DNA from: Mobula birostris
Taxonomy: Eukaryota
DNA: 64,000 nt
Reading direction: 5' to 3'
Assembly: GCF_030028105.1 (NCBI RefSeq)
Contig: NC_092398.1
Location: forward strand, 23,389,649 to 23,453,648
Both the position numbers and the translations under genes were made by a program. Every line of letters begins with the position of its first letter. Positions within the stretch are counted from its first letter, which is position 1. This document shows positions 17,316 to 32,790 of this stretch, piece after piece. The notes under the pieces were generated by a model. That model was not told where the DNA came from. It was given only the letters and a program-made list of their open reading frames with translations, and did no database searches.

Positions 17316-17690
17316 CTATATATAAGATTATTAAGGAATTGGACACGCTAGAGGCAGGGAACATGCTCCCGATGTTGGGGGAGTCCAGAACCAGGGGCCA
17401 CAGTCTAAGAATAAGGGGTAGACAATTTAGAACGGAGTTGAGGAAAAACATTTTCACACAGGGGGTTGTGGTTCTGTTGAATGGTCTGCCTCAGAAGGCA
17501 GTGGAGGCCAATTCTCCGGATTCTTTCAAGAAAGAGTTAGATAGAGCTCTTAAAGATAGCGGAGTGAAGGGATATGGGGAGAAGGCAGGAAAAGGGGACT
17601 GATTGTGGATGATCAGCCATGATCACAGTGAATGGTGGTGCTGTCTCGAAGGGCTGAATGGCCTACTCCTGCAGCTATTGTCTATTGTCT
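17316..17690 (+). mobile_element. 5'-truncated CR1 3' end
   Basis: YKIIKELD...SRTRGHSLRIRG...RKNIFTQ followed by a (ctattgt)n tail. Confidence 0.8.
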
Positions 17691-20244
17691 GTTGCGTACT
17701 ACTTCATCTTGGTTTTGTGGTATTGTATCCATGGTGCGCCTTGGCTGGATGGGCAAGTCTGCCTGCTCAATATTTCGGGGTTCCGTTGTTTTAGACGCGA
17801 CAGGGCGGGAGGGATTAAATGAGAAGGAGCGGCGTTACTAGTCAGGGAAAATGTCACGGCAGTGCTCAGAAAGGACAGATCGGCGAACTCGTCTACTGGA
17901 GCGTTATCTGTTGAACTGGGGAAAGCGAAAGGTATGACCACATTAATGGAGCTAAATTAGAGACCACTTAACAGTCCTAGGGATTTAGAGGAACAAATTC
18001 ATGGAAAGGTCGCAGGCAGTTGCAAGAAACATAAGGTTGTTGTAGTAGGCGATTTTAACTTTCCACATATTGACTGGGAATTCCGTACTGTAAAAGGACT
18101 AGATGGGAAAGAGCTTGTGAAATATGCTCAGGAACGTTTCCTCAATACGTAGAAATCCCAACGAGAGAGTGTGTGATACTTGATCTGCTATTAGCGATTG
18201 AGACAGGGGCCAGAAATTTGTGTACGGGAACACTTTGCACGTAGTGCTCTTAATGCCATCAGTTTCAAAGTAAATATGCAACGAAGATAGGTATGGTCCG
18301 TGGGCTGAGACTCTAAATTGGAAAAAGGGCAATTTTGATGGTATCAGAAAGGATCTGGGAGGAGGAGGATACTGACATGATGAAGGAAGCCAGAGATGGA
18401 GGGCGTTCATTGTTGCACTGAATACCATAATGGTCGGTAGTCTAAAACCTGTACCTAACAGAATGTCTAGTGTCTAGTCCTTTAAAGACCTCCAAGTTAG
18501 AACTCGGGACAAATTCTAACTTGGAGGTCTGCTGCTGAGCGTAAGATCTATAAATTATTTATAGCTAGACAGCAAGACAACAGACCCTTTCGGCTCAACA
18601 TGAGAGTCTGTCGTTGCTCCGACTTGGGAAGTGGCGGGAGTGGGGACACAGAGGTAGTGGTGAATGCGGGTTCGATTGCAACCATGTCAGAGCATTTCCA
18701 ATGACTACATGGATGGGAGGGATATGGAGACCTATGGTTCAGTTGCGGGTCGATGGGACTAGTCAGAGTACGACACTGGCCAGACGGGCCGAAGAGCCTC
18801 TGTAGGCTACAAAGGATGAAGAAAGGTCAAAGAAGGCCTTTTTCGTCGAGGAAATTAGTTCATCAATCACGGTTTATATCATACCTGAATAAAACCCTGA
18901 GGCCACTCTTGGAGTACGGTGGGCATTTTTGGTCACCCCGTTTTAGGAAAGATGTAAAGGCTTTGGGGAACGTACAGACGAGGTTCACCAGGATGCTGCC
19001 TGGATTAGAGGGAAGGGAGAAGTTGGACAAACTTGAGCTGTTTTCTCTGGAGCATGGGGGCCGAAGGTTGTTCTGACAGGAGTTTGTGCAACATTTTCTC
19101 TATATTTTATATATATTACAGCTGCGCGGCCCAACCATTGTTCTGAGAAGGGATTTTACATGGCTTGAAAACTTCTCGGGACTTTAAATGTTTTTGTAAT
19201 ATGCATACTATTTATAGTTAAAATGAAAATTGTAAAATTACATATTATTGATTTTATTTATTAATTGAAGTACGGTACAACATAGAAAATCTTTCATGTT
19301 TCGTAAACTTCTTTTCTCGTCCTCCTTTATTACTGCTATGTAGCAACAGAGGATATGGGCGCGGGAGCACTTCAGTAACTGGGCGGTCGGGCAACCGCGC
19401 ATTTTAGACAGAAGAGCGTTTATGAAATTATGAGAAATATCATTAATTATACAGCCTGTATCTTTTTTCTCTAGGGTTGAAGGGTCAAATACTAAGGTTA
19501 AAGGAAGGAAGTTTAAACATGTCCGGGACATGCTTTTAAATTTTCTTTTTTTTATAGAGAGTTGTGTGTACCTGGATATGTTGCCAGGTGTGGTGTGGAG
19601 GCAGATAGGATAGAGGTGTTTAAGATGCTCTTAGAGAGGCACATGAATGTTCAGCGAATTAAGGACTTTTCGGAGAACCCTTTATTATAAAAGGATGTGC
19701 TGACATTGAAGAGGGTCCAGAGAAGGTTTTCGGGACTGATGCCGGGAATGAAAGGCTTAACGTATGATCAGCGTTTGATGGCTCTGGGCATGTACGCACT
19801 GGAATTCAGAAGAATGATGGGGGATCTCATTGAAACCAACACGGCAGATCGATCACGCGGTTAATCGACTCCCACGAGTTCTCCCTTTTGGGCGCGGGCT
19901 TTCCAGTGTGCATACGTTTTCGCCTCTACGTGCGCGTTCGTCACTCCCACATTGTAAATTGCCCAACATCACTGTTCCCTCTAAGCTGCGCGGGTGCGTG
20001 GCCGTGCCGTAACTGTAATGCTTCCACGCACATACTGTAGCTTTCGTTACCGCGCAGCCACAATATTCTTTTACATAACGCAAATATAATTCTGAAATGA
20101 TGCTACTGAATTTTTAAATCTATTTTAATATAATTGTTAAATGTCCTGTAATTAATTATGTGTTAATGAGACAGAGTTTGGTTGGACTGGAGAGCTGTAA
20201 GGCAGTGTAAGCCACTGCGATAGTATGAGCTGCCTTTTTGATGC

Positions 20245-21250
20245 AAACCGGTGGCGCTCACTCCTAAAGTTGCAAGTGTTTGGGAAGATTGGTCATGTCC
20301 CACATCAAGAATGTAATCCCGGCTACCTTGGACCAGCACCAGTTTGCTTACAAGGCAAAAAGGTCAACTGAAGGCGACATTTTATCCCCTTCATGCTGTA
20401 TTGGAGCACGTAAGGATGTGTTTTTTTACTGATTACAGATCGGCATTGAACACCATATAACCACCATATAAGCTGACTGTCAATCTCCACAGTCTAGGTC
20501 TCTGCACATCAACCTGTAATTGGATCCTGAACGTCCTCACTAATAGTATCCAGACGTGAAAGTAGGCGAGTGCACGTCAATCCCCTTAATCGTGGACACT
20601 AGTGCCCCACAGGGGTGTGGAGTAAGCTCACTTCTCCACACTCTCCTCACCCATGCCACAAAATCCGATAGGTGTACAGCAATCACTCAACATCAGGAAA
20701 CTTCAGCAAGGCAATTTGACGCTCCTGAAAAACTGGAGCAGCCCATACCTCAATGCACACAAGTGTCAAGTAATGTCTGTTACAAGCCCCACAATTCATA
20801 AACGGTGAGATGGTAGAAAGGGTCTCCAGCTTATGGTTTTGGGGATGAACATCACCAAGAAGCTCACTTGGCTCATCAACACAACCTCCATTGTGGGAAG
20901 GCACAACAGTGACTTTCCAAGCGGAGGTGCTCAAGGAGAGCTAGTCTGCCCCTAGTATTGCTGACCAACTTTTATCGATGTGCCATAGAGAACACACTGA
21001 CACAGAAAATGCCAGTGTACTACTCTAGCTCTCCAAATGGTCATTAGGATGGCTCAGCACACCACTGGGACTCAATTACTGGACCCGGAGGCAATCTACA
21101 ACTCTCAATGCTTAAAGTCATTCTCAAGTCCCATCCCATCCGGAGACTGTCTATTCAATCTTCTGCCATCTAGTAGGAGATGCAGAGGGATCTTAGCCGA
21201 GACATTAAGACTAAAAAACAGCTGCTTCCCAAGGGCCGTTGCGCAGCTGA
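20245..21250 (+). mobile_element. Degenerate Rex1/Babar-type LINE RT fragment, possibly inside a hAT-like element (candidate TIRs at about 19968 and 21605-21619)
   Basis: Frameshifted motifs PVALTP, LDQHQFAYKAKRST, SAPQGC and RLKNSCFPRAV. Confidence 0.65.
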
Positions 21251-21841
21251 GTAATGCTACACCCCGGTTTGTCAATGGCCTACGAGTGTTATGGACTATC
21301 GAAGTCACTTGTTGCATGTAAATATGGGATTTTGCTTTTAAATTAAGCCATACCGTATGTATTGAAACATTTTAGAGTTTTGACATATTTACATTGTCAG
21401 TGTTTCAAGATACACCACGGTTACAAATTATAACAATAAACGCAGATTGGAAGTTGGCAGCTCGTTGATAAACTGCCAGCCCGCTGAACGCCGACGCCTT
21501 CTACAAAAGAAATCATTTAAAGTGCCGCGCAGCTAACTAAAAGGCATTTAAAAAAATTCCTCCTCAAAGCAATCGCTAGTCCGCGCCGCTGTGTAGGACA
21601 AAAATTAGAAGGAATGTTGTCCACCGTGTCCCGTTCCTAATATAACTAGTAAAAATATTTAATTACTGATGTCTGAACGTGTACGGACGCTTCGTAATCA
21701 GTGGGAACGTAGAAGAATGCTAGGGAACGGAGCCGGGAGGGGAAAGAATGACCGAACCAGGAAACCAAGGATGACATGGTCCCAGCGGAAAGCCGGGACA
21801 GGTGGCTTTGAATGGGATGTCGGGGAGGAAAAGATATAATA

Positions 21842-22138
21842 AGCATCCATTAGTCTCGTGAGACCACGGATTTGCACCTTGGAAGGTTTCCAGGGCGCAG
21901 GCCTGGGCAAGGTTGTACGGAAGACTGGGAGTTGCCCATGCTGCAAGTCTCCCCTCTCCACGCCACCTATGTTGTCCAAGGGGAGGGCACTAGGGCCCAT
22001 ACAGCTTGGCACCGGTGTCGTCGCAGAGCAATGTGTGGTTAAGTGCCTTGCTCGAGGACACAACTCGCTGCCTCAGCTGAGGCTCAAAGTAGCGACCTTC
22101 AGATCACTAGACGCCTTAACCACTTGGCCACGCGCCAC
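21842..22138 (-). mobile_element. tRNA-derived SINE, copy 2
   Basis: Reverse complement of the 3376..3672 element. Confidence 0.8.
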
Positions 22139-22864
22139 ACAAGAAAAGATATGACATGATGTAATCGTGAGACGTAGAGGACCTTCGTACTTCTCAGTCA
22201 GTACTGAATCTTTCTGCAATCGTATACCAAGGGTGCGACCTAGAAGATTAGCACGCCTTCAGAGTTCTGGGATTTTGTGGCTCTGGAGGCGGGCGGACTC
22301 GTGGCCGGTGCCTCTGCAGGGAATCGGTGTGTCGAAGGAAATGGAAGATCGAAAGCAGCAAGATGGATGCTGGCTGTGTGCCCAGAGACCCGGAGAAGCG
22401 ACGCAACTGACTTTTAACATCGTAAATCAACGAGCTGTTTGTTGTGTCTCTCCTCTCGCTGTGAAAGGGAGACATCTCTTTTTCCCTTATTAGGGAGAGA
22501 GAGAGATAACCTGTCGAATTACCGGGTGAATGAGAAGTCAATGGGGTACTGCAAGTCTGTGTCTTTACTGGTGCTTTGCTGCACGCTTGAGTGCTTGGTG
22601 GGGGGCACCGATACTTTTTTGCTGGTGGGGGAGGGCGGATCGCTGCGTTGCTTACGCGTGGGAGGCGGGACTGGGGGTGGGCTTTGGGGTTCTAGCATAT
22701 AACTGTCATTCATACTTTGGGGCACTGCTCTGTTTTCGTGGGTGTTTGCGAAGAAAAAGCGTTTCAGGATGAATATTATATACACTTCTCTGACATTAAA
22801 TGTACCTTTGAAACCTTTGAATCGTATCGCCCGCTCCCCTCCGCCCCCCACCACCTTATTATGG

Positions 22865-23600
22865 AATCATAGAATACTACAGCACAGAAACATACCCTAC
22901 GGCCCATCTAGTCCGTTCTGATCTAGTATTATGCCTGGTCCCGTCAGGCTGCATTTAGGCTATAGCTCTCTATTGCCCTCCCATCCATGTATTTATCCAA
23001 AATTTCGCTTAAATGTTCCAATCAACCCGGATCCACCACTTCCGCAGCCAGCTCGTTCCACCCTCTGAGTGAGGCAGTTCCCTCTCATGTTCCCCTTAAA
23101 CGCTACACTTTTCACTCTTAACGCTTGGCCTCTAGTTCTACTCTCAGTCAGCCCTCAATGGAAAAATCCTGCTTGCAGTTACCCCATCGATACCCCTCAT
23201 AATTTTGTATAACTCTATCAAATCTCCCTCATTTTCTTATGCTCCAGGGAGTAAAGATCTAATACATTAGTATTTCCAAATAACCAGGCCCTCAAGTCGT
23301 AACAACATCCTTGTAAATTTTCTCTGCACTTTTTCAATCTTACCTTATCATTCCTGGAGGTAGGTGACCAAAACTGCGCACAATTCTCCAAATTAGGCCT
23401 CACCAATGTGTAATACAATTTCAACGTGAGATCCCATCTCCTGTACTCAGTACGTCGATTTATGCAGACCAGCGTGCCAAAAGCATTCTTTCTCCCGCTG
23501 ACGCCACTTTCAAGGCTTTATGTATCTGTAATCCCAGAACTCTCTTTTCTATCGTACCCCTCAGTGCCCAACAGTTCACCTCGTGCCTACTGCAAGCTTT
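22865..23600 (-). mobile_element. CR1 LINE 3' fragment
   Basis: LYYTLVRPNLENCAQFWSP motif and CR1 tail. Confidence 0.7.
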
Positions 23601-23818
23601 GATAGTCTTCCTGGATGTCCACAACATCGCTAATCTTAGTGCAATGAAAATTACACTCTGCCCAGCCGGAGGTGTGCGTGGCCCACCTATAAACAGATCA
23701 ACGCAACAAATCTTCACTTAAGCGTCTTTATTAATTATCTTAGCTATATTAAATAAATAAACAAACAAACAAATAAGTAAGTAAGTAAGTAAGTAGATAT
23801 CTTCTAGATTAGTAAATC

Positions 23819-24145
23819 TTATTCTTTCTCTTCCCCTTTCTTGTCGAGTTCGGTGGAGTCCACCGCCATTTCTTGGTAATCCTTCTCCAGCGAGGCCATG
23901 TCCTCCCGCGCGTCCTGGAGCTCCCCCTCCTCCAGCCCCTCGCCCACGTACCAGTGGACGAAGGCCCGCTTGGCGTACATCTTGTCGAACTTAAGGTTCA
24001 GCCGGGTCCAGGAAATGAACATAATTCGCCGACTATCCTGAACTCAGTTTGAAACTGTACGGACAGAAGAATATTGTGTGCGGGGTATGCGTTCAGGTGC
24101 GGATGTGTCTCCCCTTGAGGCCGGTCGGACACCAGTCCATGAACT
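23819..24145 (-). pseudogene. TUBA: Orphan alpha-tubulin 3' fragment (B/C subtype): end of exon 4 (about 24114-24145), part of intron 4, and 3' two-thirds of exon 5 (23819..24012)
   Basis: Encodes [17 protein letters not shown]...[19 protein letters not shown]. The exon-4 donor is mutated (aag|gg), and the acceptor plus the start of exon 5 are deleted. Confidence 0.85.
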
Positions 24146-24535
24146 TTCCACTCCATCGGCAAACCTGAGTGAGCTGCCAAAAAAAAAGTCTAATGTCTCC
24201 ATGCTGTTATGCATTGCATTCCTGCCTCGCGATTGGCTGATTGGATATTTGCAATGACGAACAAGTGTATCTAATAAAGTGGCCACTGTGCATCCGACGC
24301 GATCTTGCGCCATTAATGGCCGCACCTAGTCCATTCTCCCCAGCTCCCGTCTTCTCCTGTTATTTGCCTTTAATCATTTCACCACCTTTCCTCCCGTTTC
24401 CCCAAACTTGTGGTGACACAACAAATAAAAAATCAGAACAGACATTACTGACATACCTTTATTATCTTAAATATGATACTCTATATAACGATACATTGAA
24501 TATAATTGAACCATCAATATCTAAATTACAAAATC

Positions 24536-26857
<2,322 letters not shown>

Positions 26858-26911
26858 TTTCCACTCCTGGATCAGTTCCCGCGCTGGCGACGCGCGGCTC
26901 CAATCAGCCCA

Positions 26912-27035
26912 TTTATAGCCCCGGGAATAGAATGTTGGGGATGGATCGAACTCTGATTGGACAGAGAGGACAAAGGTCCCCGGTTGCCGTGGGAAGCACA
27001 ACACACAAGATTCGATGATGCTTGCTGTTGATTGG
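26912..27035 (-). promoter_or_regulatory. Promoter of tubulin C
   Basis: TATAAA at 26917..26912; CCAAT at 26960 and 27035; homologous to the B promoter. Confidence 0.75.
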
Positions 27036-27664
27036 TCCGCTGCGGGAAACGCAGATCAATTAACTTGTCTGACCTCTCTCAGATTCCAGCCCCTCCGCTA
27101 TCTGAGTGTCCCTGGAAAAATAGTCCCAAATTAAATCAACCGTAATCAAACTGTTGTCAATTAAATGCAAAACCCGATCAAACACACCAGGTAAAGTTAT
27201 TGCACAATATCATATTTATTAATCCCCATCTATTCAAGCAGATCAAATACAGCCATGTAGTTTCGAGCTAATTGATTATTTAATCTCAGCATCTTTTAAT
27301 CACACAATCCTTTACTTTAAAAACCTCCAAAAACCGTTACCTGTAGTCAGACGTTCCCCTCTCTTAATGAGCTCGGATCGGCGATTTGTCTGAATCAACG
27401 CCTCAGGCTCGTCCTCACTATTTGTCCTCCGGAGTCACCGCTGCTGGTCACCTACTAAGGAACCTATTCGCTAATTCTCGGCATTCCTTCCAAATACTGC
27501 TTCCCCCCCCCCCCCCCCGCTATTTACGCAGCCAGAATTCCAATCCTTAACCAGATTCCAGCCACGATTACTTCAGAATTTTTACCACTTCCTCCGGCAG
27601 CTCACGCCATATACTCCCTGCCCCCTGTGAGAAGAACCTTCCCCTCGGTTCCTCTTTAACTCAT

Positions 27665-28725
27665 GAACACAAGAGATTCTGCAGATACTGGAAATCCGGA
27701 GCACCACGCACAAAATGTTGGAGGATCCCAGCAGGTAACGTAGCATCAGTGGGGAAGAATAAACAGACGACCGTTTGGGCTGGCACCCCTTCATCAGGAC
27801 TGGAAAGGACGGGGAGGGAGCCAGAATAAAAATCTGGAGGGAAGGGGGAGGAGTAAAACCTGGCAGGTGATTGGTGGGGGAGGGGAGATGAAGTGAGAGG
27901 CTGGCAGGTGATTGGTGGGGGAGGGGAGATGAAGTGAGAGGCTGGTAGGTGATTGGTGGGGGAGGGGAGATGAAGTGAGAGGCTGGCAGGTGATTGGTGG
28001 GGGAGGGGAGATGAAGTGAGAGGCTGGCAGGTGATTGGTAGGGGAGGGGAGATGAAGTGAGAGGCTGGCAAGTGATTGGTGGAAACGGTAAAGGACTGAA
28101 GAAGGGGGAATCTAAAGTGGAGGAGAGTGGTTCATAGGAGAAAAGAAAGAAGAGAGGCACTGGGGGAGGTATCGACAGCTGAGGAAAGTCAGAGTGCGGA
28201 ACGGACGAAAAGGGAACGGGGAAGGAGGAGAGATTGTCGGAAGTTGGAGAAATCGACGTCACGCCGTCAGGTTGGAGGCTACCCTGAAGGAATATGAGGT
28301 GTTGCGCCTCCAACCTGACTGCGGCCTCATCATCGCAGTAGAGGAGGCCGTGGAACATCGTGTCGGAATAGGAATGGGGATTCGGATAGAAGTAGTGGAC
28401 CACCGGCAAATCCTGTTTGTTGGGACAGAGCCAAGGTGTTGGACCAAGCGGTCCCGCCAGTCTACGTCGGGGCTCATCGATAAAGAGGAGACCGCGCCGG
28501 GAGCACCACTAAGTAACTTCCCAGCTCTTGACTTCACCCCCTCCCCCGCTCGGTTTCACCTATCACTTTGTGTTTCTCCACTCCCCCCCCCGCCCACCTT
28601 TTAAATCTACTTCCCATCATTTTTTCCCCCTCCAGTCCTTCCTCAGGGTCTCGGCCCGAAATGTCGACGGTACTTTTTTCCATCGATGCTGCCTGGCCTG
28701 CTGAATTCCTCCAGCATTTTGTGAG
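27665..28725 (-). mobile_element. Penelope-like element: GIY-YIG C-terminus plus tail (27665..28505, minus) followed by an inverted copy of the tail (28505..28725, plus)
   Basis: Frameshifted CSRCGLL.I.E.RRRL...LPVVHYF...HGLLYCDDEAAVRLEAQHLIFLQGSLQPDG; hammerhead-like motifs in both tails. Confidence 0.75.
27860..28082. repeat. 41-bp G-rich minisatellite, about 5.4 copies
   Basis: Unit ggcaggtgattggtgggggaggggagatgaagtgagaggct repeated head to tail with no spacers. Confidence 0.9.
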
Positions 28726-28884
28726 CAGTACTTTGTACAGCATTTTGTACAGCACCGCGCAAATGCCTTAGGCACACATACGTAGCTACCATACCTGAGC
28801 CTTTTGCACAGCACTGAAGCAATTTTATGTATTGCAGTTTACTTCTGCCGCAAAAAAACCAAAACAAAACAAATTTCATGACAC

Positions 28885-30920
28885 AAACAAGAGAACATCT
28901 GCAGATGCTGGAAATCCAATCAACACACACAAAATGCTGGAGGAACTCAGCAGGCCAGGCAGCATCTTTGCAAAAAAATATATAGTCGCTATTTCGGGCC
29001 GAGACCCTTCGCAGGACGGGAGTAAAAAAAAGCTGAGTAGATTTAAAAGGTGGGGAAAGAGGAGACAGACACACAAGGTGATAGGTGAAACCGGGAGGGG
29101 AAGTGAAGCTAAGAGCTGGGAAGTTGATTGGTGGAGATACAGGGCTGGGGAAGGGAGAGTCCGATAGGTGAGAACAGATGCTGTTTCGCCGAGCACTTTC
29201 ACTTCGCCAGATCTGCCGATGACCACCCATTTTAATTCCACTTCCCATTCCCATTCCGATATGTCAATCCATGGCCTCCTCTACTGTCGCGATGAGGTCG
29301 CACACTGGTTTGAGGAAAAACACATAGAACATAGAACATAGAACAGTACAGCACAGTACAGGCCCTTCTGCCCACAATGTTGTGCCGACCCTCAAACCCT
29401 GCCTTCCATATAAGCCCCCACCTTAGATTCCTCTATATACCTGTCTAGTAGTCTCTTAAACTTCACTAGTGTATCTGCTTCCAACACTGACTCAGGCAGT
29501 GCATTCCACGCACCAACCACTCTCTGAGTAAAAAACCTTCCTCTAATATCCCCCTTGAACTTCCCACCCCTTACCTTAAAGCCATGTCCTCTTGTATTGA
29601 GCAGTGGTGCCCTGGGGAAGAGGCGCTGGCTATCCACTCTATCTATTCCTCTTATTATCTTGTACACCTCTATCATGTCTCCTCTCATCCTCCTTCTCTC
29701 CAAAGAGTAAAGCCCTAGCTCCCTTAATCTCTGATCATAATGCATACTTTCTAAACCAGGCAGCATCCTGGTAAATCTCCTCTGTATCCTTTCCAATGCT
29801 TCCACATCCTTCCTATAGTGAGGTGACCAGAACTGGACACAGTACTCCAAGTGTGGCCCAACCAGAGTTTTATAGAGCTGCATCATTACATCGCGACTCT
29901 TAAACTCTATCCCTCGACTTATGAAAGCTAACACCCCACAAGCTTTCTTAACTACCCTATCCACCTGTGAGGCAACTTTCAGGGATCTGTGGACATGTAC
30001 CCCGAGATCCCTCTGCTCCTCCACACTACCAAGTATCCTGCCATTTACTTTGTACTCTGCCCTGGAGTTTGTCCTTCCAAAGTGCACCACCTCACACTTC
30101 TCCGGGTTGAACTCCATCTGCCACTTCTCAGCCCACTCCTGCATCCTATCAATGTCTCTCTGCAATCTTTGACAATCCGCTACACTATGTACAACACCAC
30201 CAACCTTTGTGTCGTCTGCAAACTTGCCAACCCACCCTTCTACCCCCACATCCAGGTCGTTAATAAAAATCACGAAAAGTAGAGGTCCCAGAACAGATTC
30301 TTGTGGGGCACCACTAGTCACAATCCTCCAATATGAATGTACTCCCTCCACCACCACCCTCTGCCTTCTGCAGGCAAGTCAATTCTGAATCCACCTGGCC
30401 AAACTTCCCTGGATCCCATGCCTTCTAACTTTCTGAATAAACCTACCGTGTGGAACCTTGTCAAATGCCTTACTAAAATCCTTATAGATCACATCCACTG
30501 CACCTCCTCAAAGAACTCTATCAGGCTTATATTCCATCTGGGTGTCCAACTTCGATTTCTGATCTTCTGGTAATGTCACCCCTTCACCATTCCCCATCCT
30601 CTTTTCTCTCTCTCACCTCATTTCGCCTGCCCACCACCTCCCTCTGGTGCCCCCCCCCTTTCTTTCTTCCATGGCCTTCTGTTCTCTCCTATTGGACTCC
30701 TCCGGCTCCAGCGCTTTATCTTTATCACTAAGCAACTTCCCCCTCCCCCGTTCGGTTTCGACTATCACCTTGTGTTTCTCCCCCCCCCCCCCCAAACTTT
30801 TAAATCTACTCCTCATCTTTTTTTTCTCCAGTCCTGCCACAGGGTCTCGGCCCGAAATGTCGACAGTATATTTTCCATCGATGCTGCCTTGCTTGTTGAG
30901 TTCCTCCAGCATTTTGTGTG
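28885..30920 (+). mobile_element. Penelope-like element (inverted tail 28885-29175; GIY-YIG end 29175-29320 plus 30526-30920), split by a CR1 insertion
   Basis: THFNSTSHSHSDMSIHGLLYCRDE...EEKH stops at about 29320 and resumes as LIFHLG at about 30526. Confidence 0.7.
29321..30525 (-). mobile_element. Young 5'-truncated CR1 LINE (RT C-terminal ORF 29392..30357)
   Basis: Open 321-aa frame with SGAPQESVLGPLLF, KFADDTK and HLEYCVQFWSP; (ttctatg)n 3' tail at 29322-29345. Confidence 0.9.
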
Positions 30921-32127
30921 TGGTAATCAAATTTCATGTCATATGTGAGTGATGATAAACCTAATTCTGATAGGGTGCTCTATTGTGAACGGAGAGTGGG
31001 AAGGGGGCAGGAGGAGAGAAATCGTAGTTGGGAAAAGGGGAAGAGAGAGGTGACGGAGCAGGAAGCACCAGAGAGACCATCTGTTATGATCAATAAACCA
31101 ATTGTTTGGAATTAAATGACTTTGTCTGGTGTTTGAGGGCTGGGTGTGTCTCCACCCCCACCACTCACCCTCCGCCCCTCACCCCCGCCCCTCACTCCCG
31201 CCCCTCACCCTCCGCCCCTGGTTCTCCTCTGCCTCCTGTCCCACTCCCCTCCTGCGGTGCTGCACCCACGCCATTCCCAACATCTTTTGCTCTCGCCAGA
31301 TTGACGAACTCGCTCTCCACTCCACATTGACAAACGCAACACTGAGCAAAAGTCTTAACTACCCGAGCTATATGTATGTGTGCCTAAGATTTTGCACAGT
31401 TCTGTAGATGGCCCCGACAGACTCGCAGTTGAATAGTTGCTTCACCTGAAAGGACTGTTTGGAGAACAGAATGGAGGTGGAGGAGGATGTGACTGGAAGC
31501 ACTTCAGGCATATTGTTCGTCGTTGCCATTTCTACAGCTGAGATTTTAATTCTTGTCCTTACTTTCATACGGAGATACAAGATACTGCAGACGATGAAAT
31601 CTGGAGCCATCATTCCAAATTCTAATTCAGACAGGTGACATTTCTTTAACCTCAAGTCCCTGCTGATGCGGACCGCGGTTACTTCAAACCTGTGTCTCTC
31701 TAATCATCAGAATGATTGTTTGAGTTTTCTCAGTCGTCAAAACATCCCCCTTTCCTTGTTTTGTCTCCGGAGGCTCGCCGAGGGATGACTTTACAGGGAG
31801 CGGTTCACGGGGCTGCAAGGCAGCCGACGATGTTCACCTCTAGCAAAGAGCAGGCTATAGAGACATAGAACACTACAGCACAGTGACAGGTTCTTCGGCC
31901 CGTCTAGTCCGTGCCGAACTATTATTGAATGTTGACATCGAACCCGTATCCACCACTTCCATTAGCAGCTCGTTCCACACTCTCACCTTCCTCTGAGTGA
32001 ACAGGCCCCCCTCATGTTCCCCTTAAATAACTCACTTTTCACCTTAAACCTATGAGCCCTAGTTCTAGTCTCACCCAACCTCAGAGGGAAGAATGCCTGT
32101 TTGTATTTACCCGCTCTATACTCCTCT

Positions 32128-32790
32128 GGAGGGAGGAGAAGTTGGCGGCGCGTCGCAGCGCGCGCGGCCGTTCAGAATGAATATCGAATTTGTTAACTAG
32201 GGGGCCGTGCACAATCCGGATTTGATGGAGACAGCCGTGAGAAGCACGGAGGAACACCTGGAGTAACTTCTGAAATGCCCGCTTCGCGGCCGCTGCTACT
32301 GTGCGATCGAGATTCTCCGGAGGGGAAGGCCCCGAATCCTCGGTTTTGCATAATGCCTGTTGCCGGGGCCGGGGTCGGGGTCGAAGCGCTCGGCAGAGAT
32401 GGTGCTCGGTGTCGGAGAGCTGCTTGGAGGCTCGGAGTTTTCGGATGGACTCGGAGTCGGACTGTGGTCGGATGCTTCCAGGATGTTGCATGGGCAAGTT
32501 GGTGGTGCTGGAGGTTCACCGTCTGCGTGAGATGATGGGACTTTCGAGAGTCTTTGAGACTTTTACCGTGCCATGGTCTGTTCTTATCAAATTATAGTAT
32601 TGCTTTGCACTGTTGTAACTATATGTTATAATCATGTGGCTTTTGTTGGTTTTTAAGTCGGTTTGTCATGTGTTTCTGTGATACCATTTTGGAAAAACAT
32701 TGTATCATTTCTTAATGCATGCATTCTAAATGACAATAAAAGAGGACTGCGTGCCCTCATAATCTAATCTCATCTAATCATAATGTAATC
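32128..32790 (+). mobile_element. Non-autonomous LINE-derived retroposon with (aatct)n tail, inserted in a CR1 fragment; the 3' end of the same family is at about 58345..58552 (minus)
   Basis: Absent from the paralogous arm at about 47355; shares its 3' end atgcatt...aaatgacaataaaagag...ctcataatct with the 58345 copy. Confidence 0.6.

Larger units (their letters stand above)
14870..18370 (+). mobile_element. Degenerate CR1 LINE 5' part (ORF1 with coiled coil and SGNH esterase; ORF2 AP endonuclease), interrupted by younger CR1 copies
   Basis: MWEGRETSSFPDDY at about 15179; SGNH-like HVVTNDIGR...VVISGLLP (15673-16047); APE start CVYFRTRSIVGKADDL at about 16180; sequence resumes at about 17700 and includes VVVGDFNFPHIDW at about 18040. 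Confidence 0.75.

Noticed and set aside
23819-24022. Alternative terminal exon for tubulin C
   Set aside because: The splice acceptor and about 33 codons are deleted, and it lies downstream of the C poly(A) signal.
27860-28082. 41-bp repeat array as CRISPR
   Set aside because: No unique spacers, no cas genes, eukaryotic context; it is a minisatellite in a Penelope tail.
29392-30357. 321-aa ORF as a host gene or prokaryotic-type RT system
   Set aside because: Typical CR1 ORF2 C-terminus with a CR1 microsatellite tail, 5'-truncated and inserted into another element.
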